From Hypanus sabinus (Eukaryota): 64,000 nucleotides of DNA. The notes below the pieces were generated by a model that made no database searches, had not been told where the DNA came from, and saw nothing but the letters and a program-made list of their open reading frames with translations. How positions within the stretch are numbered: the first letter of the stretch is position 1; each line of letters starts with the position of its first letter. This document shows positions 49,792 to 63,005 of the stretch, piece after piece. The stretch is taken from assembly GCF_030144855.1 (NCBI RefSeq), contig NC_082722.1, positions 2,046,001-2,110,000 of the forward strand, read 5' to 3'. Made by a program: the position numbers and the translations under genes.

Positions 49792-50942
49792 TGACAGTTC
49801 CTCATGGAAGGTTAGTTAGGAAGGTTCAATCATTAGGTATTAATATTGAAGTTGTAAAATGGATTCAACAGTAGCTGGATGGGAGATGCCAGAGAGTAGT
49901 GGTGGATAACTGTTTGTCAGGTTGGAGGCCGGTGACTAGTGGTGTGCCTCAAAGATCTGTACTGGGTCCAATGTTGTTTGTCATATACATTAATGATCTG
50001 GATGCTGGGGTGGTAAATTGGATTAGTAAGTATGCAGATGATACTAAGGTAGGTGGTGTTGTGGATAATGAAGTAGGTTTTCAAAGCTTGCAGAGAGATT
50101 TAGGCCAGTTAGAAGAGTGGGCTGAATGATGGCAGATGGAGTTTAATGCTGATAAGTGTGAGGCACTACATTTTGGTAGGAATAATCCAAATAGGACATA
50201 CATGGTAAATGGTAAATGCAGTAGAACAGAGTGATCTAGGAATAATGGTACATAGTTGCCTGAAGGTGGAATCTCATGTGGATAGGGTGGTGAAGAAAGC
50301 TTTTGGTATGCTGGCCTTCATAAATCAGAGCATTGAGCATAGGAGTTGGGATGTAATGTTAAAATTGTACAAGAGATTGGTGAGGCCGAATTTGGAGTAT
50401 TGTGTACAGTTCTGGTCACCGGATTTTAGGAAAGATGTCAACAAAATATAGAGCGTACAGAGAAGATTTACTAGAATGTGACCTGGGCTTCAGCACCTAA
50501 GTTACAGGGAAAGGTTGAACAAGTTAGGTCTTTATTCTTTGGAGCGTAGAAGGTTGGGGGGGGGGGGCTTGATAGAGGTATTTAAAATTATGAGGGGGAT
50601 AGATAGAGTTGACGTGGATAGGCTTTTTCCATTGAGAGTGGGGAGATTCAAATAAGAGGACATGAGTTGAGAGTTAGGGGGCAAAAGTCTAAGGGTAACA
50701 CGAGCAGGAATTTCTTTACTCAGAGAGTGGTAGCTGTGTGGAATGAGCTTCCAGTAGAAGTGGTAGAGGCAGGTTTGTTATTGTCATTTAAAGTAACATT
50801 GGATAGGTATCTGGAGAGGAAAGGAATGGAGGATTATGGGCTGAGTGTGGGCCAGTGGGACTAGTTGACTGTAAGTGTTTGGCATGGACTAGAAGGGCCA
50901 AGATGGCCTGTTTCCGTGCTGTAATTGTTATATGGTTATATA
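49792..50942 (+). mobile_element. 5'-truncated CR1 LINE
   Basis: Motifs VPQRSVLGP, YADDTK and RPNLEYCVQFWSP are present. The tail is gttatatggttatat. Confidence 0.9.
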
Positions 50943-51239
50943 CTCGGAATCCCCCATAAGAATACTATGGAGTCAATCCAAGATGGCACCTGGGAGGCAA
51001 CTAACATCTCGGAATCTTGATCTGGTTCACAGAACTACCTGTCTCTACTCTAAATAAGAAGCCTCCTTTTTTACTCTACTCGTCAAGTATTTCCATCTCC
51101 ATCAACACCCGCTCCCCCCAAACTCTTACCTTCTTTTCTGGTTCACAGAGCCAAGAAAGTGACTTTTGTAGTTTTCTTCTGCTAGCTCATCCTGCTCCTC
51201 AGTGGTATCCAAACAATATACTGGGTCTTATGGGGAATG

Positions 51240-51760
51240 ACCACAGGGGAATGCTGTACTAGCTGACTATCCACTATCCCTCTCCTGCTATCCGTGTCCT
51301 GCACTTTAGATATAACTACTTCCCTGTATCTCATATCAATCAATCCCTCAGTATCCCCAATCATACAAAGTTCACCCAGCTCCAGCTCTGGTTCCTTAAC
51401 ATAGCCTGCAGGGAATGATAGCTGGATGCTATTTCTTGCAGGTGTGGATGTCAGGGTACTGAAAGTCTCCTGGTCTTCCTCTATCCAAAAAAAAGGAGCA
51501 TTCCACTGACCTGAAACATCGACTGTTTCTAGACTGCTGAGTTGCTCCAGCATTTTGTGTGCGTTGCTTTGGACTTACAGCATCTACAGATCTGTTCGTG
51601 TCTGTGAAACTTAGCGGAAGCTCACTTAGCTATCACCTCTGCTTGTCAAAGCCTTTTCAACCAAAGTCTTGATTTCCCTCTCTAATTCTACCAACTCACA
51701 CCCTAATCGCTCCCACAATGGCCGTTCAGCTTAAACCTCACCTCTTTTTTATTGGAGCTT
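51240..51760 (-). mobile_element. Degenerate CR1 5' UTR/ORF1 fragments with a small Penelope-like insert
   Basis: The minus strand reads TCKKCIQL...VKEPELELGEL, like the CR1 ORF1s above. Confidence 0.55.
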
Positions 51761-54176
51761 GTCAACTGCCTAATAAACCAAACTATCTAAAGCTCCAGCT
51801 GACGAGAAAGATAACCACTAATGTTTTTTTTTAACTTGGTCTCACAAAAACGGTCGCGCAATCTCTTCCTTGGAAAATTCGATGATTTTAGTCAAACTGT
51901 CCGACATTTCCTTTTCTCCAAAGCTTTCCTACTGAATTTTATTTGAAACTGAGAAACTGAGAATCTGTTAGAATGGAGTCAAGCAAGTGGTCTTTGATAG
52001 ATTGCAGTAAGTGTCCGAACATTGGCCTGTGTGATTCTAGAACCTTGATAAGATTTGAGCAAGTTTCTTCAAATTTCTTTGACCTGTCTTTAAATGTTGA
52101 AATTAACACTAATCTAAATACAATTGAATCATATTTCTTATATTGTCCAGCTGACATGGTCTAAGTTTGCTTTGAACTTATCTTGCTTATAATTGTTATA
52201 AAACTTTACACAAATGCATTTCTGTATTGACAATATAAACTCCAACATTTGCTATGTATTTCAGGTTGCTAGTTATCAAACTCCAAAGCATATGCAGAAA
52301 TATTCTCCATTTGTCCCGTTACCACTGTCCCAGTCTCATACTTAGTGTTAGAGTAGTAGATTCTGGCATTATATGCTATCACTTTCAAGAGGTGAAGACA
52401 GACACAGTTGTATTTATTCTGAACTCCTTTCTGCTCTCTTCGTTGAGACAAATCTAATTTCTATCTCAAAGAAACATCCATTTTTGGCTAAACAGTCTAT
52501 AAAATTAAGGTTAATGGCAAAGAACATTTGCAAGTCTAGGCACCATTCGGTGCACAGTAACTACAGTCATCTTACCCGAAATGTGGAGAACAGCTGTGAA
52601 TAAACCGGGTAAATTCAAGTTAAATCAATAATGTTTAGCAACTATGTGTACTGTCAAAACATCATGAACCTACAAAAATAATTATCTTAATAGATTTAAA
52701 TATTGGATTCGGTGTGCTTCATTTGTCTTTGTTCCTATTTTGATGTTTCTTGGATCGTATTGTCGTGAAGTTGGTATGGCTGCCTACTTACTGCCCTTTA
52801 CATCACTGGTATTTAGAGCAACAGAGTAGGTCCTGCATCTCTGCTGCTCCTTGCCCATCCAGATGAAGTAAATTTTTCATTTTTGTTTCTGTTGTTAGCA
52901 CTGATCTGAACCCCCAACCTGGACGGCCAGTTGACCTCCCTTAATCAGGCCCCTATGTTTTTAGCTGTCTAGCATGGTGACCCAACCAAGGCCCAAAGCA
53001 AAAGGCCTGACTCCAGCCAGTATGTCTCTCTGGGTCATTAAGACACGCAAGTTTTCAATCCACCACTACGTTTTGGCCCTCTTTAAAGAACTGATAAGCA
53101 TAATGGGACTCAAAATATACAGACACTGGAGATACATGTGCCTTAACCTTATTTATTATGTTTCATTCAAAACCGTAAATAAGTCATGATCAAAATATGA
53201 TTTATTATATGCATAAAACCAAGGAAATATATTTTCCAAAATGGCCCCTCATAAACATGTCTACAGGAAAAATAAAGGTGACCACTCGCCTTACCTGAGG
53301 AAGGATCTGCAGAAGATCTGGTGAATAGGCAACAATGTATTTACATCCGATGCAGGAAACGCCTCTGCACGTCAATTACCTGAATCATATATAAATACTT
53401 GTATTTTGGATCGGACCTGTTAAAGGACTGTTTCTGTTCACGCTGCAAGGATGATTCTGTTTAGTCGTATAAGCGCCTGGAGTTTAAAGGGCTCACAAAC
53501 CACCAAACCTTCCATTTCTTTTTGCAGTCAATTATTCCACAACCTTTCTGCAGAATTTATTCAGCATGCCCGTCTGAATACCAAAGATTTCAGCAGATAA
53601 TTTACTTTTCCAAAACATGTAGATTGAAGGATATGGGATAAAAGGTGTGACACCACTACAGGAAACGATGGGCGAATAGATAATGATGAGCATACAGGCA
53701 TGAAACTCGAATAATTTTTGCACCTTTATATTCAGATTCGGATTCAGATTCAGTTTATTGTCATTTAGAAACCACAAATGCAATGCAGTTAAAAAATGAG
53801 ACAACGTTCCGCCACAATGATATCACAAAAGCATATGACAAAACAGACTACACCAGAAAATCCACATAACGTTTGGCAATCCCCAATCCATATGTATTTT
53901 GGAGTTTTCTGAGGGCATTGGAATCCCCGTAAGTGCATTCAATATCTTGATTAGATTAGAGACGTAAAGTAGCAGTGTAATACTGCACAAGTTTCCAGCC
54001 ACAGCACAAGTTCAGCAAAAACTTACAGCGCTAATATGCATTGCCATTGAGCTGGACATTAAGACTGGTAAAATGCGAGGCTGCCGCTATTGCGTTAACG
54101 TGACGATATAGACTCTAAGTAAACCATTGAGTTTAAACCATGGTGTGTTTCCGCCTCTTTTGAATAATTATAGTAC

Positions 54177-54970
54177 TGTTATGAATGTACCACAGCTCTG
54201 AGGGGCCGAAGGAGTGGGAGCAGCCCCCTCCTTCCAGAGAATCGCAAGATCGCTATTAATTCGGGACTCGGAAGTGAGAGACAATGCAACGGTTTTGACC
54301 ATTTGTTCTTAGAGTCACCTGTGTCACGTGCAAGTCCCGGCTATGTGACAACTACCATGAACCTGAACACCCTTGGGCCATGTGGGGGTGGAGATTGCAT
54401 CCCCCTACTTTGATGGACATATACAACTCTGCAAGTAAAGATAAAAGCGGACTGCAGGAGGCAGTACCCTAGCGATGCACCAGAGGAACTTGCTCGCTCA
54501 ACGCTCCCGTGAGAGCTGGAAGCCACTCAACGCCACGTGTGCTCCTAACTCCTTTGCCTGGGGAGCGGGTGGCTGATAATACCGAGAAGGACTTCGAACT
54601 AACAACGGGGAAACCAACGCTCCCCGGATTTTAACGGAGTGCTCAAAAGATACGGGCAAGTCTTCTTTTCGTTCTCACCGATTCCTCTAAGACACGTGAC
54701 ACCCAACAATTCCTCGAAAGACTTTTGAATGACTCTTTAGATTTCCAATGGACAGAAAAATATTATCCCCTAGACAACAGCCGAGATTAATGATGATTAT
54801 GACTATATCCGGGTTTAGATTGCGTATTGGTGATGTGCATTATCTGAATGTTTGCATTAACCTTACTTTTGTGCCCCTTTATAAATAAAAACGTTTGAAA
54901 ATAGTGACATCAGACTTCAACAGACCTCTCTATCTTTGCTGGTAAGTTATTCAGTTACGGGATACGTACA
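54177..54970 (+). mobile_element. Probable solo LTR (~790 bp)
   Basis: It begins TGTTATG and ends GTACA, with AATAAA at 54884-54889. It is CpG-richer than the flanks. No TSD is visible. Confidence 0.55.
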
Positions 54971-56236
54971 TTTTACCATATCAATGTAGTACAAAAGAAT
55001 AAAAATATAGCATGAACATGATACTCAAATAATTCTGCAATGGGGAAAGATAATCAGAATGATATCTTCCTGTAAAATGCATCCTTCTTTATTTTCCCAT
55101 TATTTTATTTACTGTTTTTCTGCAGAATTAATAGAGTCTGCATGATGGATACAGTCTCTACTGCCCATCGAGAACGCACGTATGGTCAAATGGCCAATTG
55201 CATTATCAAAAATTGACTTAGACTCTCATTCCAAAACAAATCCCATTCATTTTCCTTCCTCTTTCTACTCTCCCAAAACTCGTCGATTTTCCCTTTTCTC
55301 TCTCTTCCTGTAAAGCTGGTACCAAACACCCAATCATTTTCCTTTACCCCAACTGGTTCTATCTGCCCAACACCCTCACTCCTCCCATGAGTTCAGTTCC
55401 TAACGTTATTCAGTGCTCCATCTTCCTCTCCTGTCATATTCCACCATTTTCAGCCCTTTGTCACTTCCAAGTATAATTTCTCGGCTACTGACACTGTTCT
55501 CCGCCTCCTCGATCTGCCTATCATCCTCTTACTCAGATCCACCACCACATACGGTCTTTTGCATCACCACTCTCCTCTAAACTAGTTATCTTCCCTCTAG
55601 TTTTCAGTCCTGATGAAGGAGCTTGAGCTGAAATGTCAACTATCCATTTGCCTTCATAGAAGCGGCCTGATCGTTGAGCTCATTCAGCACTTGCTGTGTT
55701 GTTCCCCATTCTGTCATCTGAAGTGCTTTGTATATGAATTATCACTGAAATCAGTTTTTTGTTCACCCTTACTAGGATGTAAGCCACCAAAAGCAGCTTG
55801 ACAGGGTCCTCAGTCCAGGGCTAGACACTCAAGTTGTCCCAGGTACAGCCCAGCTTCAAAGAATCTTCCTCTTCTCGAGATGAGGTCCTTGGAGTTTCTG
55901 TGAGCATTTCTATACCTCTGGGATTTTACAGGATGGGGTTCTAGCCTTATGCCCAAACCGTCCTCTTTTTGTAGCTGGATTTACGACTGTCCATGGTGGG
56001 GTTTGTAATCAATTTAATGTAGAAAGTTGCCACTAACGCAAATGTATTTTTATTGAAATTAAAATAAAATCCAATGTTCTGTACCAGATGTGGTCTTGTA
56101 GGAAGCTCCCAATGTGCCTTTCTTATTATTATACTCTAGTAGTGATGTGCTACACACAGCGCTGAAATAACAACACGCAGTCGGTAAGTCGTTTCAGACT
56201 GGTTTATTTAAACTTCGCGGCGCTGACATTTCATCC

Positions 56237-59200
56237 CTAGCACCTGCCCTCTCTGGGCGGAAATGACGTCAGAGGTGACCAAAGTCTCTCCCCGCATGCT
56301 GGCTGTTTGTGAGCCGGTTCGCCTGCGCAGAAAGTGGGTTGCCACATAAGCCCACCCCCAGAAGCGGCGATACACCCCCCAATGTCCACAGTCTGGATCA
56401 GCTTCTGTTTGGGAGGTCTGCCTCTGTGCCGCGGTGCCTGAACCTCAACCGGCTGCGCCAAGTCCACATGGGCTGGTTTGAGTCGGTTCACTGTGAAAAC
56501 CTCCTCTCTCCCCCCAATGTCCAGAACGTACATGGACCCATTGTTGTTGATCACCTTGAACAGACCCTCGTACGGCCGCTGTAGTGGTGCCCGGTGTCCG
56601 CCCCTTCGTACAAACACAAACTTACAGTTCTGCAGGTCTTTGGGTACATGGGTCGGGGTCCGTCTGTGCTGTGAAGTGGGTATGGGGGCCAGGTTGCCGA
56701 GCCTTTTGCATAGTCTGTCCAGGACTGCTGCGGGTTCTTCCTCGTGCCCCCTTGGGGCTGGTATGAACTCCCCTGGGATGACCAGGGGTGCGCCGTATAC
56801 CAACTCGGCTGACGAGGCGTGCAGATCCTCTTTGGGCACCGTGCGAATTCCAAGCAGGACCCAGGGAAGCTCGTCCACCCAGTTAGGTCCTCTCAGGCGG
56901 GACATGAGAGCCGACTTCAAGTGACGGTGGAAACGTTCCACCAGTCCGTTCGACTGTGGGTGGTAGGCAGTTGTGTGGTGTAGCTGCGTTCCCAACAGGC
57001 TGGCCACAGCCGACCACAGGCTGGAGGTGAACTGAGCGCCTCTGTCGGAGGTAATGTGGGCCGGTACCCCGAAGCGTGGTACCCAGGTTGCAATCAGTGC
57101 TCGGGCGCAGGAATCGGCAGATGTGTCGGTGAGCGGGACTGCCTCTGGACACCTCATGAACCGGTCTACCATAGTTAGGAGGTACCGTGCTCCTCGGGAC
57201 ACTGGTAGGGGGCCCACGATATTCTCATGAATGTGGTCGAACCTCCGGTGGGTGGGTTCGAACTGCTGCAGCGGGGCTTTAGTGTGCCGCTGCACCTTGG
57301 CTGTTTGGCACTGCGCGCATATTCTGGCCCATTCACTGACCTGCTTGCGAAGTCCGTGCCACGCGAACTTGCTGGAGACCAGCTGGACGGTTGTCCTGAT
57401 ACATGGGTGTGCCAAACCGCGTATGGAGTCAAAAACTCGCCGCCTCCATGCTGCCGGGACGATGGGGCGAGGTTGGCCGGTAGCCACGTCGCACAGGAGG
57501 GTCCTCTCACCTGGGCCTACGAGAAAGTCTTGCAGCTGCACACCCGAGAGTGTGGTCCTGTAGTTGGGCATCTCGTCGTCTGCCTGCTGCGCCTCCGCCA
57601 GTGCTGCATAGTCCACACCCAGGGACAGGGCCTGGACAGCTGGTCTGGAGAGTGCGTCCGCTACGACGTTGTTCTTTCCCGAGACATGCTGGATGTCCGT
57701 CGTGTACTCGGAGATGTAGGACAGACGTCGCTGCTGGCGAGCCGACCAGGGATCGGACACTTTGTGGTCCGTGAACGCGGCGAACGGCCTGCCTTCTATG
57801 AAGGACCTGAAATGCCGGATTGCCAGATACAGTGCCAACAGCTCCCGGTCGAAAGCACTGTACTTGAGTTCGGGTGGTCGTAGGTGCTTGCTGAAGAACG
57901 CCAGGGGTTGCCAGCGCCCCTCGATGAGCTGCTCCAGCACCCCACCGACTGCTGTGTCGGATGCATCCACCGTGAGGGCGGTCGGAACGTCCATCCTGGG
58001 GTGCACCAGCATCGCGGCATCTGCCAAGGCTTCCTTGGCTTTAATGAAAGCGGCCTCGGCCTCCTCGTACCAAGTAATGACCTTGTCTTTACCCGACATC
58101 AGGGTGTGCAAAGGGAGCATGATACGGGCTGCTGAGGGGAGGAAACGGTGGGTGATGTTCACCATACCAACGAACTCCTGCAGGCCTTTGACCATGTTGG
58201 GCCGGGCAAAGTGGCGGATCGGATCTACCTTGGCGGGCAGAGGTGTTGCTCCGTCTTTGGTAATCCTGTGGCCCAGGAAGTCGATGGTATCGAGACCGGA
58301 CTGGCATTTGGCCCGGTTGATCTTGAGGCCGAAATCACGCAGGCGGGAGTAGACCTGGCGGAGGTGGGACAGATGCTCCTGACGTCTGCTGCTGGCTATA
58401 AGGATGTCATCCAGATAGATGAACGCAAAGTCCAGGTCGCGTCCCACCGCATCCATTAGCCGCAGGAACGTCTGTGCAGCATTCTTCAGGCCGAACGGCA
58501 TTCAGAGGAATTCGACCAGGCCGAATGGGGTGAGGAGTGCTGTTTTGGGGATGTCTTCAGCGTGCACCGGGATTTGATCGTACCCCCGGACGAGGTCTAC
58601 CATGGAAAAGATTCTTGCCCCGTGCAGGTTTGCTGCAAAGTCCTGTATGTGTGGCACGGGGTAGCGGTCTGGAGTGGTAGCCTCGTTCAGTCTGCGGTAG
58701 TCGCCGCATGGTCTCCAACCCCCGGCTGCTTTGGGCACCATGTACAGGGGGGAGGCCCATGGGCTGTCGGACCTCCGTACGATCCCCAATTCCCCCATCC
58801 TCTTGAACTCCTCCTTCGCCAGGTGGAAATTTTCCGGGGGGAGCCTTCGTGCGCGGGCATGGAGGGGTGGTCCCTTGGGCAGGATGTGGTGCTGAACCCC
58901 GTGTCTGAGCATGGCTGCCGTGAACTGCGGTGCCAGAAACGATGGAAAGTCCGCCAGGATTCTGGTGAATTCGTTGTCCGACAATGTGATGGTGATGGTG
59001 TCCAGGTGTGGAGCCGGCAACTTGGCTTCACCCAGGGAGAACGTCTGGAAAGTCTCGGCATGTACCAGTCCTTTCCCTTGCAAGTCGACCAGCAGGCTGT
59101 GAGCTCGCAAGAAGTCTGCCCCCAGGAGTGGTTGGGCCACGTCAGCCAATGTGAAGTCCCACGTGAACCGGCGGGCGCCGAACTGCAGCTGCACTGTGCG

Positions 59201-60214
59201 GGTGCCGTAAGTCCATATCATGCTGCCGTTTGCGGCCCTCTCGGTGGGTCCTGGCTTCCTGTTGCGGGTGTCGTACCCCGTCGGGGAAAAGATGCTGATT
59301 TCCGCTCGGGTGTCGACCAAGAAGCAGCGTCCCGACTGTTTGTCCCAGACGTACAATAGGCTGTCCTGGTGGCCAGCCGCCATAGTCATTAGCGGCAGCT
59401 GGCCCTGGCCCTGGCCCTTGCAGGGCAGGCGACAACGGCGGGCTTTTGTGCCCCACTGCTGGTGGTAGAAACACCACTGTTCACTGTCCTCCTCACTCCT
59501 TCCTCTGTGTTGTGTGCGCCCCCCTGCCGGGCCTGGTCTGGTCCGCTGTTGGGAGCGTGGCCTGGTAATCTGACCGACGGACGCCACGCACTCCCTCCTG
59601 GCATTCCACAGCACGTCTGCCCGGTCCGCCACCTTCCGGGGGTTGCTGAAATCTGCGTCAGCAAGCAACAGATGTATGTCCTCGGGCAGCTGCTCTAGGA
59701 ATGCCTGCTTGAACATGAGGCAGGGCTTGTGTCCGTCAGCCAGGGCCGGCATCTCGTTCATCAATGCTGACGGCAGTTTGTCTCCCAAACCGTCCAGGTG
59801 AAGCAGGCAGGCACCCCGCTCACGCCATGAGAGGCCAAAGGTCCCAATGAGCAGCGCCTTGAATGCTTCATATTTGCCTTCTTCCGGGGGCGACTGTATG
59901 AAATCCGCAACCTGGGCGGCCGTCTCCTGGTCAAGGGCGCTCACCACGTGATAATAACACGTGGAATCAGAGGATACCTGCCGAATTTGGAACTGGGCTT
60001 CTGCTTGGCTAAACCACACGGGTGGTCGCAGCGTCCAGAATGTCGGCAGTTCTGGCGAAACTGCGTGAACAGATGAAGAGTCGGTCATCTTTGGTCCAAA
60101 TCCCGTTTGGACCGTCGGGGTTACCGATGTAGCGACACACAGAGCTAGAGACAACCACACACATTCGGTAAGTCGTTTCAAGACTAGTTTATTCAAATTT
60201 AGCGGCGCCGGCAT
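56237..60214 (-). pseudogene. Gypsy gag-pol polyprotein with one nonsense codon (TGA at 58502-58504) and in-frame lesions
   Basis: Motifs: [10 protein letters not shown]; [10 protein letters not shown] and YLDDILIAS; RNase H DASD...FDRELLA; integrase HP...CAQC, ITSDRGAQF, GLVERFHR and PYEG. EFL*MPFGL corresponds to a CGA-to-TGA change. Confidence 0.9.
60113..60126 (-). promoter_or_regulatory. Primer-binding site, degenerate complement of the tRNA-Trp 3' end
   Basis: CGGTAACCCCGACG compared with the expected TGGTGACCCCGACG matches 12 of 14 bases and starts 1 nt after the 5' LTR. Confidence 0.7.
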
Positions 60215-61210
60215 TTAATCCCCAGCGCCCGCCCTCTCCGGGCCGAAATGACGTCAGGGGTGCATTACCAAAGTCTCTCCCCGCGCGCTGGTTATTTGTG
60301 AGCCGGTTCGCCTGCGCAGAAAGTGGGTCGCCACACTCTGCTATTTTCAAATTAAGGGCTAACATTCCCATTGTAAATGTGTTTGTTTCACGCTTTTAAC
60401 CTGACTGCAGTATTGTGCTATTAAACGCCAAGTATCACCAATGTGGGTAAACACATTTAACTCCAGATTGTGTTGCATGTGTCCATTGCAATCATAATGT
60501 CTGTACGAACCTGGAGCACATTGTATTACAACAAAACTTCGAACGTGCATAGACAATTGGCTGGCTGGGGAAGAAGATGAGCTAAAATAAAGAGGACATT
60601 TTCTGGCTGGCTGCCAGCACTGGCTGTTGCAGTTTAGTCTGATTGTTTGCATTGTACATTAACTGACTGCATGACAAAGCTGAATGCGTTCTGGCCAAGT
60701 TTGAGGAGGACACAATGATAGGTAGAGGAGCTAGTCATTTTAAGGAAAGAGTGTATCTGGAGGAATGGGGAAAAAATGCCAAACAGAATAGAAAGTGTGT
60801 GTTCATGGTACAAGGAATAAAGTGATAAGCTATTTACTAGTGCAAATATAATTAAGAAATCAGAGGTGTAAAGAGGCTTCGGCATGCTAATGAAATAATC
60901 CCTACATGATATTTTGCAGGTTGAGTCGATCTTAAGGAAGGCGAATACAACGTTAGGGTTTATTTCGAGCCAATCAGTTTTCAAAAGCAAGGATGTAATG
61001 CAGAGGCTTCATCACACGTTAGTAAAATCATATTTGGAAATTTCTGAGCAGATTTCTAATTGATACCTAAGGAAGGATGTGTTGGTATTGGAGAATGTCC
61101 AGAAGAAGTTTACACCAATGGTTCCAGAAATGAATGGGAAAACGTACAAGTGCTTGATGGCCGTGGCTCTACAAGCTGCAATATATAAGGTGGGGGAAGC
61201 TGATATCATG

Positions 61211-63005
61211 GAAACATAGAAACATAGAAAACCCACAGCACAATACAGGAACTTTGGCCCACAAAGTTGTGCTGAACATGTCCCTACCTTAGAACTACCT
61301 AGGCTTTATCCATAGGCCTCTATTTTTCTAAGCTCCATGTAGCTATCCAGGAGTCTCTTAAAAGACCCAATCATTTCCACCTCTACCACTGTCACTGGCA
61401 GCCCATTCCATGCACTCACCACCCTCTCTGTAAAAAATTACCCCTGACATCTCCTCTGTTCCTACTTCCAAGCACCTTAAAACTCTTAGCCCTCTCGTGC
61501 TAATCATTTCAGCCCTGGGGAAAAGCCTCTGACTATCCACATGATCAATGCCTCTCATTATCTTATACACCTCTACCAGGTCACCTCTCATCCTCCGTCA
61601 CTCCAAGGAGAAAAGGCCGAGATCACTTAACCTATTCTCATAAGGCATGTTCACCAATCCAGACAACATTGTTCTAAATCTCCTCTCCGCCCTTTCTATG
61701 GTTTCCATGTCCTTCCTGTAGTGAGGCGACCAGAACTGAGCACAGTACTCCCAGTGGAATCTGACCAGGGTATGCCTTCTTAACCAAACAGTCAACCTGA
61801 GTAACAGCTTTGAGGGTCCAATGGTCTCTGAGCCGAAGATCCCTCTGACACTTCACACTGCCAAGAGTCTTACCATTAATGCTGTATTCTGCCATCATAT
61901 TTGACCTACCAAATTGAACCACCTTACACTTAACTGAGCTGAACTCCATCTGCCACTTCTCAGGCTAGTTTGCAACCTATCAATGTCCTGTTGTACCCGC
62001 TGACAGCCCTCCACACTATCCACAACACACCCAACCTTTGTGTCATCCCTCCACTTCCTCATCCAGGATATTTATAAAAATCATGAAGAGTAAGGGTCCC
62101 AGAACAGATCCCTGAGGCACACCACTGGTGACCAACTCCCATGCAGAATATGACCTGTCTACAACTACTCTTTGCCTTCTGTGAGCAAGGCAGTTCTGGA
62201 TCCACAAAGCAATGTCCCCTTGGATATCATGCCTCCTTACTTTCTCAGTAAGCTATGCACGAGGGCAAGTAAGTCTCTCCGTATGTGACAATGGATTCTA
62301 TGGCGGCTACGAAGATCCTCTTTATTAGCCCTCTGCTCAGGTTCTCTTCCAGATCTCCTTCATGTCGCTTATAGCCCTCCAAATGAACGACTCCAATTAA
62401 AAGTTTCCCTAACTTGTCTTTCCTATCTTTCTCCAGTGCAAATAAACACAGTAAAGGGGATAGAATTGTGATCACTATCTCCAAAATGCTCTCCCACTGT
62501 GAGACCAGACACCTGACCAGGTTCATTTCCCAATACCAGATCAAGTACAACCTTGTACTTGTAGGTTTATCTACATATTGTGTCAAGAAACCTTCCTGAA
62601 CACACCTAACAAACTCCACCCCATCTAAACCCCTCACTCTAGGGAGATGCCAATCAGTATTTGTGAAATTAAAATCTCCCACCACAACAGCCCTGTTATT
62701 ATTGCTCCTTTCCAGAATCTGTCTCCCTATCTGCTGTCTCTGTTACTATTGGGAGGTCTATAAAAAACATCCAGTGGATTTACTGACTCTTCCTATTCCT
62801 ACCTTCCACCCACTCCGTAGACAACCTCTCCATGACTTCCCCTTTCCTGCAGCCGTGACGCTATCTCTGATAAACAGTGCCACATCCCCACCTCTTTTGC
62901 TTCCCTCCCTATCCCTTCTGAAACATCAGCCTTTTAAACTTTTCCCGCTGTTCTCACTGACTGACCTCCACGCGCTTGCGCAGTCATGCCCCGTTCAAAC
63001 CGCTG
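61211..63005 (-). mobile_element. Internally deleted CR1 LINE with a foreign filler at 62254-62392
   Basis: It has a (GAAACATA)n tail and motifs YCAQFWSP and VGDFNF...EGFLTQYV, with 5' UTR-like sequence at ~62960-63005. Confidence 0.8.

Larger units (their letters stand above)
56138..60335 (-). mobile_element. Ty3/Gypsy LTR retrotransposon, structurally complete (~4.2 kb)
   Basis: LTRs are at 56138-56346 and 60128-60335, with a 4-bp TSD CTCT at 56134-56137 and 60336-60339. The PBS is at 60113-60126 and the PPT (GGGGGTGGG) lies next to the 3' LTR. Domain order is gag-PR-RT-RH-IN. Confidence 0.95.

Noticed and set aside
51939-52157. 72-aa minus-strand ORF with an RFSVS-like word in an adjacent frame
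   Set aside because: It lacks Cys/Trp Ig spacing and convincing splice sites.
57227-59359. Long plus-strand ORFs (218, 196, 265 aa) opposite the Gypsy pol
   Set aside because: These are antisense shadows of GC-rich coding sequence with no independent motifs.
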